From contig RHKK01000001.1 in assembly GCA_008363075.1 (NCBI GenBank), positions 47,758 to 111,757 on the forward strand: 64,000 nt of DNA, in the 5' to 3' direction. The notes beneath the pieces were generated by a model, which saw nothing but the letters and a program-made list of their open reading frames with translations, made no database searches and had not been told where the DNA came from. The DNA comes from Candidatus Uhrbacteria bacterium (GTDB lineage: Bacteria > Patescibacteriota > Patescibacteriia > 2-12-FULL-60-25). A program made the position numbers and the translations under genes. This document shows positions 25,790 through 34,612 of this stretch, in pieces (positions within the stretch are counted from its first letter, which is position 1; the number at the start of each line of letters is the position of its first letter).

Positions 25790-27799
25790 TTAAAAAGGTT
25801 GTCCCGGCACGAGGATTTCCGCGCGACCGTCGCCGTCGATGTCCGCGACGACGGGCTTGACCCCGTCGGACGATGCGCCCGTGCCGACGGTGAACTCCGA
25901 CAGCAGGCGCGCGTTCCCATCATACACGCGAATGCGAGGCACGGCGCGCGGACCGCTTCCGACCACGATCTCGTCGATGCCGTCGCCGTTGACGTCCCCG
26001 ACGGCGACGCGCGCGCCGCCGGACTCGGACGCGTCGAAGGCGAAGTATCCGCCGCGCCACGGCACGCCATCGGTCTTGAACGTGCGGATATGCGGTCCGC
26101 CGCCGTTTCCCGGACCCGTCACGATTTCGCGCAAGCCGTCGCCGTTGAAATCGCCGATACCGACCGTCGCGCCGCCACGGAACTCCCGGCGATACGCGAG
26201 CCACGAACGCAGAACGCGTCCGCGCGCGTCGGTGACGAGCGTCGTCGCTTCGCGGCCGGACGCGGGCGTGAGGATCAGCTCCCACGCGACGGAGCGATCG
26301 GTCTGTCCGACCGCGAGCTCGACGGCGCCGCGATACGCCGTCCCGAACGGACGGAACGTCGCGCGCCCGCCCGTGCCGAAGCGCACGGTCACGAGACCGT
26401 CCTGCGCGAACACGACCTCGTCGCGGCCGTCGCGGTCGAGATCGGTGACGAGCACGTTCGCGCCGCCGGGCACGTCGTCACGATTCGCGAAAAACGCGTT
26501 GCGCAACCGTTGCCCTTGCATATCGAACACCTGCAGGAAGCTGCCGTTTTGAAACGCGGAGCCGCGCACTTCCGTCACGTCGGATCGACGTAGGAGCACA
26601 AGCCCGTCCTCGGCCGGAACCGTCACCCGAGTCACGATCGCCCCGGTGTTGGTACGCGCGTCCTGTGTCCCACGGATCTTCTCGAACTCGCCGGGTAACG
26701 AGACTTCCGCGGCATCTTTCGTCGCGTTCACGACGGCATACCCGCGCGCGAACTCGCGCACCCACACGGCGGGTTGATTCGCGCTCGCACCCTTCACGAT
26801 GCGCGGCTCGCCGCGCGGCGGTCCGATCGGCGCGTCGTATTCGTCGTACCACCACGTGCGGTGATGGCCGGCGTCCCCCGCGTCAAACGAATAGTATCCG
26901 TCGGCGATCAACGTCGCCGCGAGGCCGTAACGCATCAGGCGATAGTCGTTCGGACGTTCCTGGTTGTTCGTATTCGTGTTCACGGCCGAGATCTTGGGCG
27001 GGACGTTGCGCCGCAAGGCGTCGCGCAGCTCGTTGAACGGACCGACGAACCCGTATCGCGGGAAGTTCTCAAACAGGACGCCGTTGGTCAGCGACGCATA
27101 CGCCGAACTCGAATTGTTGATGATCCAAATGCCGGGATTCGCCTCGCGCACGTTACGGATAAGCTCGGTCATGCCCGCGCGCCAGCTCGCGTTGATCGCG
27201 GCGGGCGTATCGACGAGGCCGTTCCGGTCAATATCGACGTTCGTTCCGGAAAACGGCGTCACGTCGCCATACGCCGCGTCGAGAAACACGCCGTCCCAGA
27301 TACCCTGCGGCATGATTTCGTCACGAACGAACTCGGCAACGAGGTCGTTCCATCGCTTGCCGCCGACGACCGGGCAGTTGTCGCTTGCGTTCATGATCCA
27401 ATTGCCGGACCACCATTGGATGCGGGATCCGTCGGAACGCGCCAAAAACCACGACGACGGAATACGCGCGGCGAGGCGCGCGCCCGGCGAGGCGGGATGG
27501 CCCCGAAACCGCGCTTCGGATACTTCGCTCGCGTTCACGTAGGCGAGGAGCTTGGTACGCGGGTTGATGCGCTTGATCTCGCGCAAACGTTCCGGAAATT
27601 GGAACGTCTGATCCATGTCGAGTACCACGATGTCCCATTGCGCGAGCTTGGCCGGATCATCCGGTTTGATTTCGTACCCGAGAAAAAAGTTAATGAGCTT
27701 CGGCGATTCATGCTTGCCGCGCGCCGCAAAGGTTGGCGAAGGAAAAGACGCCGCGATGAGGATCGGGAGGATCAGCAAAGCGATGCGACGCTGCCACAT
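25790..27799 (-). CDS. secreted protein: glycoside-hydrolase-like N-terminal domain plus FG-GAP/VCBS repeats
   Basis: Signal peptide (ALLILPILIAASFPSPTFA). C-terminal repeats DLDRDGRDEVV, GDFNGDGLREIV, GDVNGDGIDEIV and ADIDGDGRAEIL. Confidence 0.8.
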   Translation of the reverse strand: MWQRRIALLILPILIAASFPSPTFAARGKHESPKLINFFLGYEIKPDDPAKLAQWDIVVLDMDQTFQFPERLREIKRINPRTKLLAYVNASEVSEARFRGHPASPGARLAARIPSSWFLARSDGSRIQWWSGNWIMNASDNCPVVGGKRWNDLVAEFVRDEIMPQGIWDGVFLDAAYGDVTPFSGTNVDIDRNGLVDTPAAINASWRAGMTELIRNVREANPGIWIINNSSSAYASLTNGVLFENFPRYGFVGPFNELRDALRRNVPPKISAVNTNTNNQERPNDYRLMRYGLAATLIADGYYSFDAGDAGHHRTWWYDEYDAPIGPPRGEPRIVKGASANQPAVWVREFARGYAVVNATKDAAEVSLPGEFEKIRGTQDARTNTGAIVTRVTVPAEDGLVLLRRSDVTEVRGSAFQNGSFLQVFDMQGQRLRNAFFANRDDVPGGANVLVTDLDRDGRDEVVFAQDGLVTVRFGTGGRATFRPFGTAYRGAVELAVGQTDRSVAWELILTPASGREATTLVTDARGRVLRSWLAYRREFRGGATVGIGDFNGDGLREIVTGPGNGGGPHIRTFKTDGVPWRGGYFAFDASESGGARVAVGDVNGDGIDEIVVGSGPRAVPRIRVYDGNARLLSEFTVGTGASSDGVKPVVADIDGDGRAEILVPGQPF

Positions 27800-27842
27800 G
27801 CGAACAGCGTAACATGGCGAAAATCAAGGAGATAGTCAACGA

Positions 27843-29069
27843 TTAACCCCTCGCCCCCGCCTCCCGATAGCAGCGCTCCACGAGTTCGAGGTGGTCCGGC
27901 CACAGGTGCCGCGCGCGGATTTTGTCGCGGCTCGCCTCCCCCATCTTACGGCGCACCTCCGGCGTCGTGGCCTGAAAACGGCGCAGCACGCGATGCCAGT
28001 CCTCCGCGTTATTCGGCAGCGCGAGAAATCCGTTCACGCCGTCTTCGACGAGCTCCGGATTGCCGCCGATGCGCGTCGTGAGGCACGGCAATCCAGCCGC
28101 CATCGCCTCGAGCAGCGAGAGGCTCGCATTCTCGTACCAGATCGACGGAAGGACGAACGCCTCGGCGCGACGGCGGAGCGGCTCGAGCTCGCGCTGCGAC
28201 AGGAAACCGAGAAACTCGATATGCGACGCGCCGCGCGACGCGACCAGCGACCGGAGTTCGTTTTCCAGCGGACCGCGGCCGGCGATCTTCACGGGCAACT
28301 CCGGCATGCGCATCGCCGCTTCCAAAAACGACGCTAATCCTTTTTCGATCGAGAGGCGCCCGGCATACAACAGATAGCCGCCGCCGCCCGCCGCGGGCTC
28401 GGGCGAAAGCTCCGCCGGATTCGGTAACCATCGCAACTTGCCTTTCGGCTCTCCCCAGTCCTCCATCTTCTCCATCAAAAAACGCGACGGACACAAGAAC
28501 AACCGTGCCGTACGTTCGTACGATTGCCGTGCCTTGGTCATGTACATTTCCGCCGCCGCGAGGAGATTCGGGAGGAGTCCGGGCGCGAGGCAGCGATGCT
28601 TCACGATATTGAAATACTTCCCGTTCTTGGCGCGTTCGCAAATGGCGTCGTGGTCGAACAGCGCGTAGTTGGGCGAGATCAGCTTGTAGTCATGCAGCGT
28701 TTGCACGCATGGAATATTCCGCGCGCGGATCGGCGCAAGCACCGACGAGGAAAGATGGTGGTAGAGATTATGCAGATGCACGACGTCGGGCTTCAGATCG
28801 TCCAGCATGCGCTCGATGCCCTGTTTCGCCTCGACGTTCCAAAGAAAATTGGCGGCTTTTTTGAGATCGGTGAACGGGCCTTCCCGACGATCCAGGTTGT
28901 AGCGCGTCACGAAATACTCCGCGTCATCCGACGGTAAATTGCGATCAGACCGCGTCGAAAACGCATGCACCTCGTGTCCGGCATCGCGCAGACGTCGCGA
29001 CAACTCATGCATATACACCTCCGCGCCGCCGTGGAGATCGAAAAATTTATTTACCTGGAGGATTTTCAT
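27843..29069 (-). CDS. glycosyltransferase family 4
   Basis: 408 aa. MKILQVNKFFDLHGGAEVY.. N-domain and a GT1/GT4 C-domain (LPSIWYENASLSLLEAMAAGLP). Confidence 0.88.
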   Translation of the reverse strand: MKILQVNKFFDLHGGAEVYMHELSRRLRDAGHEVHAFSTRSDRNLPSDDAEYFVTRYNLDRREGPFTDLKKAANFLWNVEAKQGIERMLDDLKPDVVHLHNLYHHLSSSVLAPIRARNIPCVQTLHDYKLISPNYALFDHDAICERAKNGKYFNIVKHRCLAPGLLPNLLAAAEMYMTKARQSYERTARLFLCPSRFLMEKMEDWGEPKGKLRWLPNPAELSPEPAAGGGGYLLYAGRLSIEKGLASFLEAAMRMPELPVKIAGRGPLENELRSLVASRGASHIEFLGFLSQRELEPLRRRAEAFVLPSIWYENASLSLLEAMAAGLPCLTTRIGGNPELVEDGVNGFLALPNNAEDWHRVLRRFQATTPEVRRKMGEASRDKIRARHLWPDHLELVERCYREAGARG

Positions 29070-29093
29070 GCAGGTAGACTGGAAGCAGGAATT

Positions 29094-29128
29094 TAGAAGC
29101 TCGCGCTTGAACCTTATTCAAGCTTCTA
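29094..29128. repeat. intergenic hairpin built from AGAAGCT/AGCTTCT words
   Basis: TAGAAGCT..CTTGAA..TTCAAGCTTCTA. AGAAGCTTC recurs at 29145. Confidence 0.55.
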
Positions 29129-30190
29129 GATTCTAACTTCTCCCAGAAGCTTCCGATAGAGCGCGGCATGCGAGCGCACCATCGCGTCGAGTGAATACCG
29201 TGCCCGCACGATCCGGGACGCACGTTCGGCACGGCCCAGCGCCTCGGGATAGCGCGCGAGCGCGCGTTCGATCGCGACGCGCCACGCCTCGGCGTCGTCG
29301 GGCGGTGCATACGCGACCGCGTCCTCGCCGAACGCCTCGCGGATGGCGGGAAGGTCGCTCGCGAGCGCGGGGACGCGGCACGCCGACGCCTCGAGCAATG
29401 CCATCCCCTGTCCTTCGGAACGCGACGGAAAGCAAAAGAGATCGGCACGTCGGTAGAAGAGCGCGGGATCATCCACGGCGCCCGCGAATCGCACGCGCGG
29501 CAGGAGGCCGAGGAGCTCGGCTTGACGGGCGAGCGACGAGCGCTCCGGGCCATCGCCTATGATGACGAGTTTCCAGGGACGCAGCACGCGCGCGAGGGCG
29601 TCGAGCAGGACGTCCAATCCCTTCTCCGGCACGAGGCGTGCCACGGCCAGGAGTTCGGGGACGTCGCCCGCCAGCCGCGGTTCGCGCGGCAGGAAGCGTG
29701 TCACGTCGATGCCGGGCGGGATGACGGAAACGCCTCTCGACGCGGCGGGAAGCGCCGCGCGCACGGCGTCGGACACGCAGACCACATGATCCGCGGCGCG
29801 ATACGCAAGCCCGCGCGCGACGCGGACGGGCCACGGGAGGGCGGCTTCGAATCCGTGCACGGTCGCGACCCACGGCCGCGCGCGCAAGGACCGGGCCGCC
29901 AGGCCGGCCCAGACGGGCGTCAGGTGCGTATGCCACAGGACGGGCTTACGCGCGCGGATCTCCTCACGCATCAGCGCGAAGGCGGCGCGGCGAGAGCCGC
30001 GATGCGGATTCACGACGATCGGAACGGCGGCGTCCGCAAAATCCCGTTCCATTTCGCCCCCGCCGCCGGCCGCGAGGACGCGCACGTCGAACCCGGCATC
30101 GGGTAACCGGCGCGCGAGATCGAACGTCATGCGCTCCGCGCCGCCGCGGCCGAGCGTCCACAAGACATGGATCACGAGAGGCTTAGACAT
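29126..30190 (-). CDS. glycosyltransferase family 4
   Basis: 354 aa. N-domain VLWTLGRGGAERM and C-domain FCFPSRSEGQGMALLEASACRVP. Confidence 0.88.
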   Translation of the reverse strand: MSKPLVIHVLWTLGRGGAERMTFDLARRLPDAGFDVRVLAAGGGGEMERDFADAAVPIVVNPHRGSRRAAFALMREEIRARKPVLWHTHLTPVWAGLAARSLRARPWVATVHGFEAALPWPVRVARGLAYRAADHVVCVSDAVRAALPAASRGVSVIPPGIDVTRFLPREPRLAGDVPELLAVARLVPEKGLDVLLDALARVLRPWKLVIIGDGPERSSLARQAELLGLLPRVRFAGAVDDPALFYRRADLFCFPSRSEGQGMALLEASACRVPALASDLPAIREAFGEDAVAYAPPDDAEAWRVAIERALARYPEALGRAERASRIVRARYSLDAMVRSHAALYRKLLGEVRI

Positions 30191-31652
30191 GGGTCGTACG
30201 AAGAAAATCCGGATCGCGGCCGACTTCCCGGCCGCGGAACAGGCGGCCGGCGGCGAGCATCAGTCCGACCGGTACCCACATTCTCGGCGTCCAATAACTG
30301 GTGCTGGTCAGCTGGTACAGGAAGATCGCGCCGGCCGTCGTGACGAGAATCACGTACGCCGTGAATTCGGGACGCCGCGGGGGAATCGCCTTCCATGCAT
30401 CGACGGCGAGCTTGACGGCCGCCGCGGCGACCCATCCGAACGCGACGAGGCCCGCGAGACCGGCCTCCGCGGCGATCTTTTGAATGACGCCGTGCGAATC
30501 GAGCGGCACGCCGAATTCGATGAGATAGGCATAGGTGTTCGTCACGCGAGCGGCAAACGTACCCGCGCCCACGCCGACCCAGGGACTGCCGAGGAACAGC
30601 GTCCACGCGATGGCGGTGAGCGCGGCACGCGCATCAAGCGAGCCGAGCGAGCCGAGCGTGAGCGAATAGGCGACCATGAGTCCGGCAAGCGGGATGATCG
30701 CCAACACCGCCGCAAGAACGACGCGACGGAAGCGACGCACGTCGTCGCGGAACACGGTCGCGCCCAGGACGAACGCCTCAAGCGCAAGCACGACCCACGC
30801 CGTGCGCGAGAACGTAAGGATCGCGACCGCGAACATGAGTCCGGCGGCCCACAAGGCAAGGCGCCGGCGTTTGGACGTGGGCGAGAGGATCGCCGCGTAT
30901 GCGAGCGCCGCGCCGAGGCAGACGATGAGCGTCTCGGCGAGCGAGTGCTGATTGCCGCCGAGCGGATTCACTTCGAGGATCGCCGCGGGCTGCGCCTGCC
31001 GGATTGAGACGCCGCTGGGACCGAACGCCAGCATGTTCCGCAATCCGTCAACGGCAAAGACGGTTCCGAGCAGCGTCATTGCGAGCAACACGTTTCGAAG
31101 CCGTTTTTTGGAACGGACAAAGTTCACGACGAGCGCGATACAAGAGAGATACAGGAAGATCTGATAGCGCACGACGAAGCGCGCGACTTCCGCGAGCGCA
31201 GGCTGTCCCGGCCCGAAGTAGGACAAGGCATGTGCCGCCGCGAGCGCGACGAACGGAACGGCAAGCGGAAGCCAGGGCTGCCAGTGACGGTCGCGTCGTC
31301 CGCGCCACAGCAGCAACATGCGGAGCGCCCAGGCGACGACGAGGCCGAGCGCGATCAACTCACCGACCGAGAGTTCCAGGGTGGTACCAAACGTCCGCTC
31401 GCCGACGCGGTAATAACCCGTCGACACGAGAACCTGGATGCCAAGCAGGAACGAGAGCGGCATCCAAAGCGATAGCACCGCGTACGGGAATCGCCAGGCG
31501 ATCAACACCAGGGCCGCGGCCGTCACGAGAAACGTGACGGCGACGCGTGTCTCCGCGGTCACGACGAGGAGGGCGATCGAGACGAGCAAAAAAACACCCA
31601 ACGCAACGCGCGGCCAGATCGACTCTTGCGGAAGGAACGCCTCCGTTTTCAC
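30183..31652 (-). CDS. O-antigen ligase/polymerase-like polytopic membrane protein
   Basis: 489 aa with about 10-12 TM helices and a central Wzy_C-like loop. It overlaps the GT4 gene start. Confidence 0.7.
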   Translation of the reverse strand: MKTEAFLPQESIWPRVALGVFLLVSIALLVVTAETRVAVTFLVTAAALVLIAWRFPYAVLSLWMPLSFLLGIQVLVSTGYYRVGERTFGTTLELSVGELIALGLVVAWALRMLLLWRGRRDRHWQPWLPLAVPFVALAAAHALSYFGPGQPALAEVARFVVRYQIFLYLSCIALVVNFVRSKKRLRNVLLAMTLLGTVFAVDGLRNMLAFGPSGVSIRQAQPAAILEVNPLGGNQHSLAETLIVCLGAALAYAAILSPTSKRRRLALWAAGLMFAVAILTFSRTAWVVLALEAFVLGATVFRDDVRRFRRVVLAAVLAIIPLAGLMVAYSLTLGSLGSLDARAALTAIAWTLFLGSPWVGVGAGTFAARVTNTYAYLIEFGVPLDSHGVIQKIAAEAGLAGLVAFGWVAAAAVKLAVDAWKAIPPRRPEFTAYVILVTTAGAIFLYQLTSTSYWTPRMWVPVGLMLAAGRLFRGREVGRDPDFLRTTHV

Positions 31653-31737
31653 GTCTTCATCATATCATATTCCGCATCGGACATTGGGCATTTTGATGCT
31701 GATGTTCAATGTAAAATGTTCTATGTACAATGCGTCC

Positions 31738-32250
31738 ATGTCCCGCCTCGACTATCACCATATCCCGAAAGTCCTCGATCTCGTCGACGCGTCCGGCGCG
31801 CACGCCGTCCTCGAGGCGCATGACGGCGAGGCGCTGTACGTGCCGCTGGTCCGCGCGTTCCTTCCAACGGTCAAACGGACGGATGACGCGCGCGCCAAGG
31901 ATGCGCATGGATTGCGCACGTCGTACGACGTCGTGTTGTGTCATGTCTCGCCGGGCGCGGAGACCCACGCGTTGCTTGATCACGTGCGCGCGCTTCTCGA
32001 TCGGCATCGAGGCGTGATCGTCGTGGCGCCGAAACGGGACTGGGAAAAGGCGGATTTTGCGGGCGTCGGTCCCGCGCTGTTCGTCAACGATCCGACCGGG
32101 ATCATCGTCTATCTCGCCAAGACGGCCGACATCAAATCCGCCCGGCGCAAGCTGCTGCAGCGCCGCGTCCGGCGCCAATCCACGTTTACGCCCACGGTAG
32201 AAGCCGTGTTCCGATCCGTCCGTCGCGTCCGAAAGACCAAGTCCGCGTGA
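31738..32250 (+). CDS. hypothetical protein
   Basis: 170 aa from ATG 31738 (MSRLDYHHIPKV..). The longest ORF (31438) is antisense to the ligase gene and is not credible upstream of 31738. Confidence 0.6.
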   Translation: MSRLDYHHIPKVLDLVDASGAHAVLEAHDGEALYVPLVRAFLPTVKRTDDARAKDAHGLRTSYDVVLCHVSPGAETHALLDHVRALLDRHRGVIVVAPKRDWEKADFAGVGPALFVNDPTGIIVYLAKTADIKSARRKLLQRRVRRQSTFTPTVEAVFRSVRRVRKTKSA

Positions 32251-32253
32251 CGG

Positions 32254-32511
32254 CTATCGCGTCCGCGGCAACCCAACGCCCGCGGGGGCGTTGAATTCGT
32301 ACGGCGCGCGCAACTCCGCCGTCTTGCTTTCTCCGATCGGCATGGCGATGTCGGACGCGTTCGACTCGGCCCAACCCCGACCTCCGTCTAACCAGACGGG
32401 AAGAAAACCGAATGCGAGCAGCAAGGCGGCGCAGAGCAAACCGCCGATCAGACTGCGCACGATGTCGGGAGACATGCGTTTAGGGTACACGGAATATATG
32501 AGGGGGAACAA
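32254..32511 (-). CDS. small membrane protein (hypothetical)
   Basis: 85 aa with one TM segment (LIGGLLCAALLLAFGFLPVW). Weak call. Confidence 0.4.
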   Translation of the reverse strand: MFPLIYSVYPKRMSPDIVRSLIGGLLCAALLLAFGFLPVWLDGGRGWAESNASDIAMPIGESKTAELRAPYEFNAPAGVGLPRTR

Positions 32512-32515
32512 ATGC

Positions 32516-32578
32516 GATCCTCGATCCCGGAGCCTTGATCCCAGAGATTAGGGATCTGGGATCTGGGTTCAAGGATTT
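32516..32578. repeat. heptad-periodic palindromic element, second copy of the 3941-4005 element
   Basis: ..GGAGCCTTGATCCCAGAGATTAGGGATCTGGGATCTGGGTTCAAGGAT.. Confidence 0.8.
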
Positions 32579-32603
32579 GGTTTGTTTATGGATCTTTCCC
32601 GGA

Positions 32604-32655
32604 ACGAAAAAGACGGCTCGATCATCATCCGCGAAGCGGAGAGATCGAAGCCGTC
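32604..32655 (-). terminator. rho-independent terminator after lipoprotein gene 1
   Basis: The minus strand has the hairpin GACGGCTTCGATC..GATCGAGCCGTC followed by TTTTTCGTT. Confidence 0.65.
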
Positions 32656-32672
32656 AGAGGAACGAGAGAGGA

Positions 32673-33959
32673 TCAGGAGCCGGTACCGGGCCAGCAACCG
32701 GACCACGGCGCGGTCTGCGCCATGATCTGGAAACGGTGGTAGATCGGGTCACGGCTGGGGTTGTTGGAGTCCCAGCAGATCCGAACGTACGGCGTGACGT
32801 CGACGCCGTCCATCACCACCCGACTGATGCCGACGCTCGAGGCGAGACCGCCGATCGGCGCCGAGACCATCACGGGACTCACGGTCCAGGCGTAGCGTCC
32901 GGTGCCCGTTCGGCACACGACGGTGTTGTTGAGCGGCGAGCCGTTCAGCCACACGTCCGACGGACCGATGGGCACCGAGAACGGCGACGCTCCGAAGTGC
33001 TCGGTGTCGGCCGGCGTCCAACCGGTGTTGTCCCAGTGCCAGATCTCGGGCGTGCCCGAGGTACACCAGGTCACGCCGGCGCTGAGCTCGATGCACATCG
33101 AACCCATGCACGCGCCGACCCCGCCCGCGTCCGTGGACATCGCGCCCGCGTCCGTCCCGGAGGACGAACCGGCGTCCGTCCCGGAGGACGAACCGGCGTC
33201 CGTCATGACTCCCGCTCCCGCGTCGGCCATGGTCCCGGTGCCGGCGTCCGTCCCGGAGGGGCTTCCGCCGCAGACGGGGTCAGCGGCGGCGCAGGTCTCG
33301 AGCGAGGGGGCGAGCGGGTGGCAGCACAGACCGTCGAGGCACTCGCCGCAGGTCTGGCCTCCAGCGTACCCGCAGCGCGTCACGCAGATGCGCGTCGCGT
33401 TGCGATCGACGCAACCGCCGCAGATCGGCGGACCGGCGTCGGTGCCGGAAGAGCTTCCCGCGTCCGTCCCGGAGGACGCACCGGCATCGGTGCCGGAGGA
33501 CGCGCCTCCGTCGGGCATGGACATCACGCCCGCATCGCACGTCTCGAGCGAGGGCGCGATGGGCGTGCAATCGGGCGAGAGTACTCCGTCTGCGCAGTTG
33601 CGCAAGCCGCCGTTGCCGCAAGGCGTCGTGCAGACCTCCGGGCCCGTGCAGGGCGCGGGGGCGCACGTGTCGTAACCGTGCAGCTCATCGGGCGTGCACC
33701 GGCTCCAGACGCCCGTCTCGATCGGACACACGCGAACCGCCTGACTCCAGCAGGGGTACGCGCACGCCTCGACCTGACCGGTCGTGCACGCTGTCCCCTC
33801 GAGAGGATCGTAGATCCCCCCGTCGGGCAGCCGCACGACCTGCGGACCGGCGTCCAACCCGCTGTCGAAGCCATCGCTCGGTGCCATCGGCACGCAGGCG
33901 ACGAACAGGATCGAGGAGGCGGCGAGGGCCGCCGCGTACAGCACGTACAGGTGGCGCAT
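32673..33959 (-). CDS. Cys-rich secreted lipoprotein with (S)SGTDAG repeats (paralog 1)
   Basis: AAGGAGGTGGCC-ATG at 33959; an alternative GTG is at 33965. Lipobox ILFVAC, many Cys residues, SSGTDAG tandem repeats, and a C-terminal beta-rich domain ending GCWPGTGS. Confidence 0.8.
   Translation of the reverse strand: MRHLYVLYAAALAASSILFVACVPMAPSDGFDSGLDAGPQVVRLPDGGIYDPLEGTACTTGQVEACAYPCWSQAVRVCPIETGVWSRCTPDELHGYDTCAPAPCTGPEVCTTPCGNGGLRNCADGVLSPDCTPIAPSLETCDAGVMSMPDGGASSGTDAGASSGTDAGSSSGTDAGPPICGGCVDRNATRICVTRCGYAGGQTCGECLDGLCCHPLAPSLETCAAADPVCGGSPSGTDAGTGTMADAGAGVMTDAGSSSGTDAGSSSGTDAGAMSTDAGGVGACMGSMCIELSAGVTWCTSGTPEIWHWDNTGWTPADTEHFGASPFSVPIGPSDVWLNGSPLNNTVVCRTGTGRYAWTVSPVMVSAPIGGLASSVGISRVVMDGVDVTPYVRICWDSNNPSRDPIYHRFQIMAQTAPWSGCWPGTGS
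33148..33204. repeat. 24-nt tandem repeat (about 2.4 copies) inside lipoprotein gene 1
   Basis: GCGTCCGTCCCGGAGGACGAACCG repeated head to tail. It encodes the SSGTDAG units. Confidence 0.85.
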
Positions 33960-34510
33960 GGCCACCTCCTTTCTCTCTCAGGTTGTCGAAACTCGGCGTT
34001 TTACACCGAGGTCAGTCCGGAATCGATTCCGGAGACAGGGCTGACATTTGCATAAAACAATAAAAACGTCAATCCGTGACACCCTCAAATCGGTCTAAGA
34101 AAGATTTTTTGGCTAATTTAATTGATTATTGAGAAGAAAGAGTTAAAGAAAGCCTCTGGCTTTCTTGCAGGAAGGGTGAGTCGTCACCCTCCCTGCACCC
34201 TCCCGCTCGCGCCGGCACTGCGATCCTCGCACGGCATACCGTCTCACTCGGCCTGGATGCCTGAACTTGCTCGCTCAATATATTTTTTTAGATTCGCTCG
34301 CTTCAACAGCAGACATCCGCTTCGGCCTCGCTCACGGGCCGTGCTCCGGTTCTCGTGAGGCGCGATTTAATACACCCTTCCGAGCATCGAATCCGCCTTG
34401 GGCGGAGAGAAGCGCAGGACCTGGGGCGCAGGAGAGTACAGGGAGGAAAGCGTTTTCCTCTCTGCAAAGAAAACGTAGTTTTCTTTATATTCTTTTCAAG
34501 CAAATTTTAA

Positions 34511-34560
34511 GAGGCGCAAGCTACGAGTCCGATCAGGTTGATCAGACGAGCTTGCGCCTC
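34511..34560 (-). terminator. putative terminator hairpin after lipoprotein gene 2
   Basis: 11-bp stem GAGGCGCAAGC/GCTTGCGCCTC, followed on the minus strand by TTAAAATTTGCTT. Confidence 0.5.
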
Positions 34561-34612
34561 TCGAGGATGTCAGAGCGACCCCCTCGTCAGGCGCCCACAT
34601 AAGGGCGGATGT

